A DNA stretch of 62,123 nucleotides, filler included, from Choristocarpus tenellus KU-1152 (lineage: Eukaryota > Protista > Phaeophyceae): the NCBI GenBank assembly GCA_964200185.2. It is 9 parts of 9 records of this genome, joined end to end, with 100 filler letters (N's around TTAATTAATTAA, not from the genome) between each part and the next. Parts side by side here need not be neighbours in the genome. Positions count along the whole stretch, not along the records: positions 49,342 to 52,586 come from CAXNAD020021297.1; positions 52,687 to 55,453 come from CAXNAD020024925.1; positions 55,554 to 62,123 come from CAXNAD020007846.1; 6 more parts are not named here. One strand, 5' to 3'. The notes under the pieces are model-generated. The model was not told where the DNA came from. It was given only the letters and a program-made list of their open reading frames with translations, and did no database searches. This document shows, piece by piece, positions 49,540 through 62,102 of the stretch. The position numbers and the translations under genes are program-made. The number at the start of each line of letters is the position of its first letter. The stretch's first letter is position 1.

Positions 49540-51224
49540 CAACTCACCACGGTTAGACGCCTTTTTTCAACAATTGCTGGCATCTAGTAGCCGAGAATTT
49601 AAATGTCGCTTCGCAGCAAATATGTCAAGAGTTCTGAGCCTGTCACTATTGGTGGTTGGTGCAAGATGTGACACTCTAGAGTGCTCTAATACCTCCCAAT
49701 TCGATGGAATTTGACGAACTATCATCACTCATAGTACTATGTGTACACATCGTAAGAACTCGTACATTGTATTTTCCATACACACCAAATGCTGGTTGTT
49801 CCCAAGTACCTATGTAAAAGAAAAAAGTCTACTTGTATGAAACCGTCACAGCCCTTACTATATAATAACAACACCAGTTTAAATATCTCATATTTTTGGT
49901 GTGTTATGTTCTCCTCTAATAATCTGCACTACCTCCAACCTACCTAGTCTTTGACCCGTGGTCAGATGGCAGTGCAAACTGCAGTATAATTTCTAACCTA
50001 TGAAATTACTGATGTGCGATAACTAATCTCACTACCCGTGCGTGCCTTGACGTTTTGTTCACCAGTCCACCCCCTCGTCGCTCCACCTCCTCTCTCGAAT
50101 CTGGTGCGTACTCTCTCCGTCAACTACGATTCTCCTCCACCATAGTCCATATCCTCCACCTTCCTTTTTTTGGTTTAACCCGAGATAGTAGGGCACAGCT
50201 GCACGTGCCCAATGTACTTTCGATGAGGTCTATCAAAGACAAACTCCAATCTGGCGTGAACCACAAATCGAACCGCAGCATTCCCCTGGCAGAATGAGGA
50301 TGGGCTAACAACTGATTTATGTGGACAAGTATTCAGCACTGTACGAGAACAGACAAACAAGTTTACTTCAAAAAGTAGTTCAAGCAAAAGCATACTGCAC
50401 CACTACAAGAGTTTTACTATCCTCTCCCCAACCAAGTACTCTCGTTTCTTTGTTGGTATCAGGTTATAATCGAGATGATCAATCCAAGTGGAGGCGACGT
50501 ACCTACAGCGCTTGCCCAAAAGAAGGTGAGGGACGCTAAGCAATTTCGTTTCTTTTAGTTTCAGTGTTGCACTTTTCCCCCCCATATGCATGTGTAACAG
50601 GTTGCGTTTCTTAGGCTTACAGCTTGACACGAAACCACTTTCCCAAATATCCTCCCTCCTACACTCGTGAAAACATGAAGATAAGAACGAGGTGGTGCCG
50701 TACTCATGGGAGAACTCTCTTCTTTTGGATGACCCCTTGTTTCCACAACGTTTCGATTTCTAGTTCGTTTTAGTGTGTCCCGAACCTTCCTCCTGGCAGT
50801 TGTAGTACTTTCCCTATGAATATGTCAAGGTAGTCGATCGCAGCAGTCGTTCAAGATTGGGCAGCTCGTAATCCTTGTGCCTCTGTCCCAGGGCAAGCTT
50901 GGAGCCACGTGAAACGACAACAACATCCTGAATTCCGCATCCAAGGCAGCTCCGAAATAGAAATACATTAGATACAAATATATAATGAAGAGTTAGTTAC
51001 CCCCCACAAGTTATTCATTGCCTATAAATGAACACACACTATGTCTTAACCAGTGCTTGCATTATGTGGAAGCAACTGAGGTCAGACATGTCTGTTTTAG
51101 AGTGTATGTGAGACAGTCTGTCCTAAGTGATATCCCTAGGGTTGACTGTTTGCAAAGAAGACTTGCAGTCATATCTTGGATGTCTGGCGCATTCTTTACT
51201 TGTTGGAAAGAGTGATATGTGTGT

Positions 51225-51486
51225 AAGTGAAAGTATCTTAGAGGGTATGAGTTTTGCCCTGTTTGTTGACTTGGGTCTTACCTTCCCTTGTTTTTTTTTT
51301 TAATGACATTTTACCTTCTCTGAAATGTTCGGAGTAGGTAAAATATGTATGTCATGAAAAGGTGTGTCTGGAACAAGGATATCGACACTTCCTAACAAAC
51401 GTGATGGCCAAAATCACATCCAAATAGCAACATTGGGTTTTGGCCCCCAAACGGACTCAGCTCTACCCTCTAAGATACTTTTACTC
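51225..51486 (+). mobile_element. MITE family A, TSD TGT
   Basis: TGT|AAGTGAAAGTATCTTAGAGGGTA...TACCCTCTAAGATACTTTTACTC|TGT. Confidence 0.93.
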
Positions 51487-52025
51487 TGTGCAATTGTTGA
51501 GTGCACCAGATGGGGAGGTAAAGGTGGGACTTGTTTGCATGTCTCTTCGGATAGTCGTGGGATATGTGAAGGCATCATGTCAAGGTGATGTTATGGTTGA
51601 ATCTGCCAGACTGTCTTCCTTGTCTTTTGCCTATCCCCCGTAACGATTTCGTTCTTCGAATGGTTCAATGAGCGATGCAGTTATGGGATTGAGAACCCCC
51701 CCCCCCCTGCATGTTTCCCACCAGATATCTTTTTTGCAGTAGGCCCTTTTCACAAGGGGAGGGAGAGATGTCGTTTTGAAAGTCAGGGGTGAACCCCTTT
51801 GCTCCTGTTGGTGTGCTCTCGGTTCCCCTTTACACAAACAATCCCATCCCACTGATAGCAATGGCACATTCTTTTTCCATCTCATGCTTTTGCACTCATT
51901 CCCTCCCAGCTTCCCTCTTCATCTGGCAGTGTCCAACGGTGGTCATTGGAGGAGGATCAGCTCCTCAGACAGGCAGCAAAGAAGTTTGGCTTCTCTCAGT
52001 GGAAGGAGGTTGCAAAGTGAGAGCC

Positions 52026-52384
52026 TTGGCCATGCTCGCAGTCATCTTTGCCCTACCAATCAGGTCACTCTTCCCCTCACTGTGTTTCTCATCTCTTTCT
52101 CTCTCTCTCTCTATTTCACCTTTCATTCCCATCCCCAACCTACGTTTGCATCAATGGTGCAATTGAATTAACTACCCATTTCTTATCTACATCCCTAACA
52201 TTTTCTTATTGGCCATGCTCGCAGTCATCTTTGCCCTACCAATCAGGTCACTCTTCCCCTCACTGTGCTTCTCATCTCTCTATATATATATTTCACCTTT
52301 CATTTCCATCCCCATCCTATGTTTGCATCAATGGTGCAATTGAATAAACTACCCATTTCTTATCTGCATCCCTAACATTTTCTT
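52026..52384. repeat. Tandem duplication of ~180 bp
   Basis: TTGGCCATGCTCGCAGTCATCTTTGCCCTACCAATCAGG starts at both 52026 and 52209. Confidence 0.93.
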
Positions 52385-53204
52385 GTCTATATCCCTAGCC
52401 CATGGTTACAACATACTCCCATCGTCATCACCCAACACCCAATAGCATTTGTCGCTTGGCAGGCTTGTTCCAGGAAGGAGCTCAAGCCAATGCTGTCAGC
52501 GGTGGAACAATGTGCTCTCATCTGTTGTGAAACGTGGGCTTTGGGCTAGAGCAGAGGTGGGGGGGGGGTGAGAGGGGGGGGGGGGCNNNNNNNNNNNNNN
52601 NNNNNNNNNNNNNNNNNNNNNNNNNNNNNNTTAATTAATTAANNNNNNNNNNNNNNNNNNNNNNNNNNNNNNNNNNNNNNNNNNNNCCTCCCCATCCCCT
52701 CCCCCCCGGAGTTAATCTGGTATTGAATGAGGCATTGTGCCAGATCCTTCTGGCGGGTAAGAAGTTAAAATACCTGTTGTAGCTACTACATACAGTAAAA
52801 ACTACATGTGTACTACATACAGTGACACAATTTTGGACCTTCGATGTGTTTCAAAAAAGCCTCCCAAATTGTGAAAAATCTCCCCCCCCCCCCCCCCCCC
52901 CCCCCTTATTTTTTTCTTTCTCTTCTTTTTTTTTTTTTCTCCTTTGTTTGCTTCAATTCTTTTCACACAAAAANNNNNNNNNNCCTGTTCCTTTTTCTGA
53001 AAAATTCCCCCCCCGTTAGGCCACTCCCCCCCCCCCCCCCCCCCCCCCGTATTTTTTCCTGCTTTCCGCTTTTTTTTGCTTTCCAGTCTATTGAAGCCAA
53101 GCATGTACAGAAAACGAAAACGCCTGCTCCTCTTGTGTCTTGATTTATTTTTATTTTATTTTTTTCTTAAGTGAGGGCGAGACTCGATACGCACTGTATG
53201 CAGT

Positions 53205-53402
53205 GTAAGAGGTGAGAAGTAAGAAGTAAGTTAGAAGTTAGAAGCAAGTGAGAGGTGAGAGGTGAGAGGTGAGAGGTGAGAGGTGAGAGGTGAGAGGTGA
53301 GAATTAGGAAGTAAGAAGTTAGAAGTAAGTTAGAAGTTAGAAGTAAGTGAGAGGTGAGAATTAGGAAGTAGGAAGAAGGAAGAAGTAAGAAGTAAGAGGT
53401 GA
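53205..53402. repeat. Purine-rich heptamer satellite (GTGAGAG)n / (AGAAGTA)n
   Basis: Directly visible. Confidence 0.9.
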
Positions 53403-54483
53403 CCTCGTGCGATTTTATCAGACGCACATTCACTTCAGCAAGAGGAGGCGTTATCCAACCTTTTGCCCTATATGTATTCTTGTAGGTGTTTCACATTTTT
53501 TAGATGTTACACAATTTTTGTCATCCATTTCATGTCGTGTGAGATCGTACCATGCCATCTCTCCGGATGTGTGTTGAGAAATGCCTCGCAAGTATTAGGT
53601 ATTGAATAATGAGGCATTAGTTGTATCAAGGTCAAACGATAACAGCCTTGGTGAGAGTGTTTCCACAAATATCATTCCAATTGGTTTTTTGGGTTTTCAT
53701 TCCGATAAATATATATATATATATATATATTTAAGTTGATTGGGGCCATGGTTGTTGTCCAGAGACTTACCAAAGAACTATGCCCAATGTGTGCTATTTT
53801 TAACTCTTTTGATTCTATTGGATTTTAACTTTTTTTGTTATGTTCATTAGTAGGTTGAGGGTAGCTCGAGAATATTTTTTGTAAGGATATACGAGGCTGT
53901 GCTGACAATATTTTTTTTGTCATTTTTTATTATTATTATCATATTTTTATTGTTATTGTTATTATTATTATTATTATGTGGGTTTGTGTAGTAGAGCTTG
54001 TACTGCAGGCTCTAGAACGCCAGAGGGTGGCTATGTGTTGATGTTTTGTACCCCAGAGCGGCCCAGAGCTACCCAGAAACGGTTGAAACTTTTCTTCTGC
54101 GACTAGTTTTTTTCTGATTTTTTTTTTTATCTGTCTGGAATCTGTCTGGAAAGGGGGGTGTATGTTATGTATGTATGTATGTTTATGTATATATATTATG
54201 TATATGTATGTATGTATGTATATGTATGTGTGTGTGTGTATATTCATGCTGTGGTTGTTTGGATTATTAGGTGATGAAGATGCTCAAGTTACATCGTGCC
54301 AAACATCCCTAACCCTATTTAGAGATACAGTATCATAACTAACCAATCGGATGAGAGGGGTCGTTGTACGGGGTTGTGATTCAGAGAGTCATGCGTCGAC
54401 CAATCGGATAGCCTTGCAAAACACATTCAGCCAATCGGATGCCTCCACTCGTTCATCAATTTAATTCCCCCCCGCAACATCCA

Positions 54484-54531
54484 ATTTAATTTAATTTAAT
54501 TTAATTTAATTTAATTTAATTTAATTTAATT
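54484..54531. repeat. (AATTT)n microsatellite immediately upstream of a splice acceptor
   Basis: About 9 units followed by ACTTTTGACAG. Confidence 0.9.
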
Positions 54532-54542
54532 ACTTTTGACAG

Positions 54543-54698
54543 GTGTGGGACCTGAGGGCAAACAAGTGCTCGGAGCTCGGCATTGAAGACCAGACCCATC
54601 CCATCCAGAGCATATCGATGGCAACGGACGCCTCCATAATTGTTGGAGCTACCAACAAGGGCGTCGTTTACGTCTTGGAACGAGAGCAGGACAGTAAG
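54543..54698 (+). CDS. LST8: Single internal exon of a WD40 protein, LST8 (TOR complex subunit)-like
   Basis: CAG|VWDLRANKCSELGIEDQTHPIQSISMATDASIIVGATNKGVVYV...K|GT resembles the LST8 segment WDLxANxCSxEL...SL.V..DGS.VVAANNxGxCYVW. Confidence 0.75.
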
Positions 54699-55566
54699 GT
54701 ACTTTTGGTTTATGTAATATTAACTATTCTGTATCTCGAGGTACTTTTTGTTTATGTAATATTAACTATTCTGCCTCTTTTTCGTGTCAGTTTTTTGTTT
54801 TACGGAGCAATTTGCAAAATTTGCAAAGGGGGGGGATAAGCAGTAGTGTGTATTACCAACAGTGGTTTGATAGGCAAGTCAAATTTAGTTGATTATTAAC
54901 TATTCTTACTGTTGTTTGCTGAAAATTGTGCATTTTGTGAGTGGTGAAAAAAAGTTAATCCGACTACACTCTTTTGTTTTTTTGATATGGACCGTTCTCG
55001 GACTGGTTCGCAAGAGTAGATACATATTGTATTATATTAATTCTCTGTAATGACTTGAGTGATGACTGTACAGTGTATAGTAGAGGTACCCGTAGAGCAT
55101 CATGTGTCCAATAGCTGTATACTATTTTTCATTTTAAAAGTACTACATTGCTGACAGTGGAAGGTATATCCTCGAATAGGTTGAACAGTTTTTGTCACTT
55201 CATTAGTCGGGCAGTACATGTTGACCTCCTGTCCTATATTGTCTGTCACCCTTAAGGAGGGGGGGCGGGGCGGGATAGTTTCAACCACAATATGTCCTTT
55301 AGTAGTAGTATCCATTGGGGGACACTTCATTGCACTAAGGGTCCCCATGCATATATTCATAGGAACCCCCCCCCCCCCTAATACACACATTCCATCCATC
55401 TTTATGAGAACCACTGGAGTTTCGTGGTGCTATTGAGTGCTATGAATTTCTCTNNNNNNNNNNNNNNNNNNNNNNNNNNNNNNNNNNNNNNNNNNNNTTA
55501 ATTAATTAANNNNNNNNNNNNNNNNNNNNNNNNNNNNNNNNNNNNNNNNNNNNGCAAGGCGTTCCA

Positions 55567-56008
55567 AGCTCAAAGTATCTGGGGGGGGGGAGGGGTGGCT
55601 GTCCATTTGGAGTCAAATATTTCATGTCGCGATTTTTGGATGATTTGGTTGTATACGTCAGAGAGTGAAAGTATCTTAGAGGGTACGAATTTTGCCCTTT
55701 TTGTCCATTTGGGGTTTGGATTCCCACGGGTTTTTCAATGACATTTTCCTACTCCAAATGTTTCGGAGCAGATAAAATGTATACCTTTTGAAAAGGTGTG
55801 TCCGGATCAAGCATATTTACACTTCCTAACAAGCATGATACCCAAAATTATATCAAAATCACAACATTGGGTTTTTACCCCCAAATGGACGCGACTCTAC
55901 CCTCTAAGATACTTTGACTCAGATGGATAATGGAAATGCACTTTTCCTGATTTTGACCGAAAGGGACACCCTGGTGAGCCCCCCCCTCCCCCCCAGATAC
56001 TTTGGGTC
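55567..56008. mobile_element. MITE family B interrupted by a family A copy
   Basis: Ends are GCTCAAAGTATCTGGGG and CCCCAGATACTTTGGGTC. The halves rejoin to match 25644-25821. Confidence 0.88.
55663..55920 (+). mobile_element. MITE family A, TSD AGA, nested in MITE B
   Basis: AGA|GAGTGAAAGTATCTTAGAGGGTA...TACCCTCTAAGATACTTTGACTC|AGA. Confidence 0.95.
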
Positions 56009-56521
56009 TCCAGACAGCATCAGACAGTACGGACTTGTTGAGAGGCTCATCGAATTTCAAGCAAGTGCAAGGTATCTACATTCATACATCAGCAGTAGGA
56101 AATCAATGGTGAGTCAAAGTAATTGAGAGGTAGGCAAGGTTGCATTAGTAACGACCTGGAAAATAGTCAAAAAGACACAACCTACTGTACAATTGAAGGA
56201 AAGGCCTTTGACAAATCTTGGCATCACTTTTGTGTGGAAAAGGGGGAATAGCAATTTCGCAAACACTATTGACCACAAAAATCAATGAAGTATGGAGGGT
56301 GTGTTGCAGAGGGCAGGGCAAGTGGCGTAAAATGCAAAACGGTCTGTCTATAACTGCGTACCTCTCAATGCATCTCTCAACTGACAATGGACACATGTTA
56401 GCTAACAAAAGATCACCCCAGAAATAGATTTTTTTTAAATACCAATCTCCCCCAATGCTTTCATAGCCCTCAGCCACAAGATTAGGCTTTGCTTGAGGGA
56501 ACAATGCTGTGGCAGCTGCAC

Positions 56522-59500
56522 CTTCTGATTGACCATGTCTTGGCGAGGCAAGAACCCAAAAAATGTTTTGGCCTCCTCGACAAATAGTTTGCCAATGCCA
56601 CCGATCAGTGCCCGCAGTCCCTTCAGGCTAACCTCCGTGCAACCTGTAACATTGAGTGTGTGAAGTCCACGACAGTTCTGGACCAGGGCACACAGTCCTC
56701 GCTCTGAAACCTAGTGTTCACAAGAATTGAAAGTGTATATCAGCTGTGTCAGGGTACACAATTACACCAGAGGATATACTTGTTTCCACCCAAGGACAAC
56801 ATTTGATCTAACTAGAGTAAATATAGAGGGAAGATGGCGTAGGTGAGGACATCTCCACTGTAAGAAGCAAACCTCATGCATGCTTTCATCATACATCTGC
56901 TATGTGGGACTATGATATAATGGTTGTCATGAATTTGTTACCTTTCAGCTCGTTCTTACAGTGACATATTTCTACGTAGTTGCACAAAGCAGAGGTTGAC
57001 TGGAAAGAGATCAGATACAATAACTGAAAGAGAAAAATTATCTTAGAGGATAGAGCCGCGTCCGTTTGGGGGCCAAAATCCAATGTTACGATTTTGATGT
57101 GACTTTGGATATCGTGTATGTTAGGAAGTGTCCAATAAATACCCTTGTTCCAGACACACCTTTACCTACTCAAAAACATTTTTTGAGTAGGTAAAATGTC
57201 ATGAAAGACCCGTGGGAAGCCAAGCCCCAAACGGACAAACAGGGAAAGACTCGTGCCCTAACCCTAAGATACTTTCACTCAAAGTTTCATCGAATGTCAG
57301 TCTCAGAACTAACCCTAGGTTGGCATACCTATGCTTACTTGCAGGGTGCCCATTCACTCACTGGTGTCGCCTCCCTTCAATGCCCACACAACTACTGTCT
57401 AGGGGGGGGGGATGTTTGTCCAGCAACATACTACCAATTATAACAACTTAAGGATCGCAGTTAGCAGGGGACTATGTCAAAGAAAATGCTGTCAAAGTAA
57501 ACTCGACTACAGCAGGGTGGTGATGATTGCAATGAGATCTACCTCTTTGGCCCCGGCAATGTTGACGGCCTGGAGGGTAGGGCATCCTTTCCCCAGTGCT
57601 GCAAGACTACTGTCTGTTACTCGACCCACACTGGCCACATTGAGTGACACAAGTCCAGAACAATGTCTGCTCAAGGCTATGAGACCACCCTCCTGCGTAA
57701 GTTTTGTTGTGTGTTCGACGAATTCTGCAATGAGGCAGTGAGGAAACCGATGATAAAAGTAGTGAATATGACCTGTGTTACAGGTCTCCAGACATTGTTC
57801 TTGAGGGTGGAACAATGCATTATCATAAATATTACCTATATCTATCCATGACATATTACTTGAAATCTTACTGTGGTGAGTACTGCCAGCATCTCAAAAT
57901 AGTATTCAAAGGGAAGTATGCTCTTTCCCTGGAATGAGGCTGTATGCTCTATTTTGTTCAGGAAATGTTGTACAGTATTGACTCTCACCTGCACTTTTCG
58001 GCACTCAGACAAATTCAAGACTGCAATCTTGGAACAACCTTTTACCAGACACTTGATCCCAGAGGTGGTAACCTGCAACATCCGAGGCAGTTAGCAACAT
58101 GTCATTCGTCTCGTATCCTTGCACTCAGAGCACAGGTCTACAGTCACTCTTTTTACATGCCATTATCTTTTATAAACACTTAAGGACCTGCTGGAGAACT
58201 GGGAGATGCAATGTCTTCAAGATAGATCTAAGAATGTTTATCAACAAGAAGACTTCAATTGCCATAGTTTCCAACACCTGAGTGCTGTGAAATACTGCAT
58301 TGCCAGTTGTTGCTGCTGATACATTCCGCTCTTACCTTTTCACACCCAGAGAGGTTCAAGAAGCGCAGCTTTGGGCACCCTCTACCAAGGGCCACCAGGG
58401 CATAGTTAGAAATTCCCTTGCAGTTTGCCAAGGACAAGGACTCGAGGATATCACATGAGGATCCAAACCCGATGGTGCCTCCAATGTATGCAATGGCCTA
58501 AAAGCAGTGTTTGGTTGCAGAAGGTGAGTTGCGGGAGGGATAGGACCACTTGATCAAACATTATGTATGGTATCCAAAGGTTTTGGTACTGTGGATATAT
58601 AAGCGACTGAGCAAAAAGGAGGAAAACTAATGTGGACACAATAGTACAAACAAAGATGTTCTAGATCCACAAGTTACCTCGTTATTGAGCTTCTGGCAGT
58701 TGGAAATATCAATGCTGGTGAGGGTACTCTTGCAAGAAGTAGCAAGGGCCCGAACACCAAGATTTGATATCTGTAGGCAAGAGAAGGGTATAGAATGTGA
58801 AATTCTTTATGAGTGGGTTTAGCCGCTATGATTACAAGCTGGGATCAACTCCTGAAGTGGAAGATTCCTCTGACATATGGTGGACTGTGAAGGAGTTCAA
58901 ATTTCCTGCAGGTAATGCCATTCTTCATGGACTAAATTGGTTAGTAAAACCTTGCTAGCCGTTGCATCGAATCAAAAGAACTGCTTGTTCCAGCAGGGTG
59001 TCACACCTTCAAATATCACTTTAGGTAGTGGCAGTATGAGAATCAACCAACACGAGAGATATAGCTTGTTTGGGAGTCGTTGCTGGTACAATAATAAGTT
59101 TTTTTAGGCCCAATGGGGTCTACATCTTCAAATGACCTCATGAAAGTCGGGCAGATGATATGCTTTTGCATTGTGGTTTGTTGGGTACTTCTTGGTCAAA
59201 ACTTACCTGTCGGCAAGAAGAAAGGTTGATGCTTTTGAGGCATAACAGCCGTGGTGCAAATATCTCCATCATGTCATTTGTGACTTCAGTCCCTTCTAGA
59301 TTGACCTTCGTATTGGATGAATTGAGATCCGTAGAGAGGTGTGCAATACAAGATAAATTGTGGGAGGGGGTGGGTGGAAGAAAGGAGAAATTTGAGCCCA
59401 TAATGAAAATGGAATCATTTGAGAAGGAAGATTATCAGGAAAACGGATTGAGGACGACTGAATAATCTTACTGCCTGAGTTTACTGCTGGAATTGATACA

Positions 59501-60277
59501 AAATTTCTTAAGTTGGAGCCGATAATTACACCACGAACGTGCATACTTAATCGAAGGGGAAGGTATCCAGTGAGCTACAGGAACAGGAAACGAAGACTTT
59601 TCCTTCATATAGATTAGATTTTTTCGTCCCTATCATCAAAAGCAGCGCATTACTTTACCCCAGGAATTGGGGTATCATGCCTCCAAGAAGAATGCATCGT
59701 TAGGAAGCCTCAATCACGAGGACAAACATCTTCGTGAGAAAGGTGGAGATGCGATCAGGACGGCCAGGGATGATGCACAACACGACGTGATACACAAGTC
59801 ACGAACGAAGGATGAACTGAAGTGACCCAAAAATCTTGTGAACGAGGCAGAAAAGTCCTAAAGACCCTTATTTTGAGCCTCACTGTCTCGATGGAGGCCC
59901 CAGATGCCAGGCTGATACTCCGAAAGGTATGGATTCCAACTCTTGCCCACCCTCTCATATCAAGCGTCTGGAATTGGTGGCAATTCCGCAACACTTCCCA
60001 GATCTCGTTGCAATCCAACTCTCGAAGATGATCGTGTGAAAAGCTCACTTCCCGCACAGAGGATGGGAGCTCTGCTAAGGCAGCCCTTTGGTAAAGAAAG
60101 GAGGGAATTGCGGAATGATGACTGGATCAACTGGTTGCTTTATAGTCTGTAAGAGTAGCAAGAAAGTGAAGTACTTTTGGAAAGTAATGGACAGATCAAG
60201 GAGTACTCGCTCCCTCTGACACACCTAACCTTACTGCTCGCGTGCTGTCTCGTTGGCTTGCACTCCGTCGCCATCAT
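56522..60277 (-). CDS. Cysteine-containing LRR protein (FBXL/AMN1-type), 5' part; exons ~60277-60235, ~60072-59884, 59305-59207, 58770-58678, 58497-58336, 58072-57989, 57692-57543, 56710-56522
   Basis: GT-AG exons splice in frame to give LRR_CC repeats, for example LKSINLSSCRQ-ISNLGVRALATSC, LESLSLANCKGISNYALVALGRGCPKLRFLNLSGCEK-VTTSGIKCLVKGC, VTDSSLAALGKGCPTLQAVNIAG and LHTLNVTGCTEVS. Exon 1 is tentative. Confidence 0.9.
57030..57280 (-). mobile_element. MITE family A in an LRR gene intron, TSD AAA
   Basis: AAA|GAGAAAAATTATCTTAGAGGATA...TAACCCTAAGATACTTTCACTC|AAA. Confidence 0.92.
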
Positions 60278-60789
60278 CCTCCTTGCTAATAAGGCCCCCC
60301 ATTTTGGCCCCCTGGTCAGACGACTATTCTCTCGATCACCCTCCATCAGTCGACCTTAGAGATAGTTTCAACTCCTCACTAGGTCGTGAGAGTATTAGTT
60401 GGGGCATAGAATTCTGTATAACACCATAGCCAGACCAAACCAAAACAACGCAGAAAAGGAGCAAAGAGCAAGATATTTTCTGTTGGTTTGCTGGTGAAGA
60501 CTCTGCGCCATACTCCACTGTACTCTATGTATAGCGTGAAACGAAACTTCGGTTTCAAAAGGGCTCCTCACCTGGGTTTCCTTGAATAGGACTCAGATAA
60601 CACTATAACATGAATAGGGTTCTTACTAATTACACTATTCTCCATGCAAATTTAACTCATCAGACCACGAAAACTTTTGACATATCGTACAGAGAGTTTC
60701 ACCAGAGCTGATTTGTAAATATCTCGACGTTCAGGGAAGTGAGGGAATTGTGAGACTGACTTCGAGAAGATATCGATCATCCCTGACCC

Positions 60790-60960
60790 TTGAATGCTGG
60801 CGACCTATCCAACAATGACAGCATTATCAAGGCCTGGGAGCGACTACATCTCGAAGAGCAGGAGAATGCAATGAAGGCCATGGTGAAGCACCTCAGGGAT
60901 AAGCTAGTGAGAATGTAGTGTCCGTTACAAGAACTACGAGCGTGGCCAGTGAAGGGGGAT
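60790..60960 (+). mobile_element. Possible decayed copia gag fragment
   Basis: DSIIKAWERLHLEEQENAMKAMVKHLRDKLVRM* loosely resembles the gag segment DARVAWLELEHIY in this window. Confidence 0.3.
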
Positions 60961-62102
60961 GAATTGTCAGAAGATGAGACTTACACACAAGGTCGTCATG
61001 GTGGTGGTAGGGTGACAATATTTTTTGTCTTACGACGTAAAAGCGACACCCCTATTTGCAGATTTGAATGAGATGGTCGAAAAGGGCGGACGCCTCTATA
61101 TTCCTGCACGGAGCAGAGATCAAACTCTTGATACTTGTGCCTATATTTCGTCTGAGAAACATGTGTATATGGACATTAAGCCGATCCTTGACTGATCGAT
61201 GCGTGCTGTGCGTATGTGACTTCTTCTCTCTGTACTGACAACTGCGCGATAGTGTCAAATTGCAGGGATATTGCCTCATGCCCATATGAGTAACACAGGC
61301 CACGAAGATGTGGACTTCACAGGAGGGAAAGTGCTTTTTTCACCAGTGAGAGTTTTTTTCAAGAAATTAATTCCAGTGTCTTGCCTTAACATAATTATAT
61401 CATAACCATACACCTTTCAAACTGGGATTTGCTCAATGAGGAGCGTATGTTAACAAGGCATGTTAAATCGGCCGGGTTTGACAATTCCTACAAGTTACTC
61501 AACGAGGGCATTGAAAGCATATCAATCAACACTTTACCCAACAAATGTATTCCAACAAAATGCATGTATAGATAGTACAACAGATAATACTACTTGGAAG
61601 CACTCCAAACTTTGCATCAAGACCTCTGAAATGCAGCGATGCAGTTCAGTAAAGTGCATTTTTGGCCATTTGGGATTATAAGCCAGTTTTTGCATATTTT
61701 GCACTTCACCCACATCTATATGGGTGAAGTGCAATTTATGACTTGATAGGGTTGATTTCTCTGCTGTTTGAAACTGTTCGACACAATTCGGAAAATATCC
61801 TCTACATACTTGAAAAAAAACAAACGATTTTTACACATATTTGCCAGCATCCTTGACTGCAACTCTGGGTACCTCTCGTTTACATTGACTCAAACAATGT
61901 TGTTTGTTGTATGGTGCCTAATGTCTGATGATGCCTGATTATCAGGCAGGTCATAGCTCCATCTAGATCTCCTACGGATATCAATCACACTCATACCAAG
62001 GTTGCATCTACCTACAAATATTTGGTATGAAGAAGATGAAACCATTGCTAGACACACTTATGGATTGGTAATGGTATATCTGCTTCCACCTCCCATCCAT
62101 GT

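Noticed and set aside
52802-54247. ORFs with poly-G/P/K, LTSHLSP or IYIH repeats
   Set aside because: These are translations of homopolymers and microsatellites, with an internal N gap at 52974-52983.
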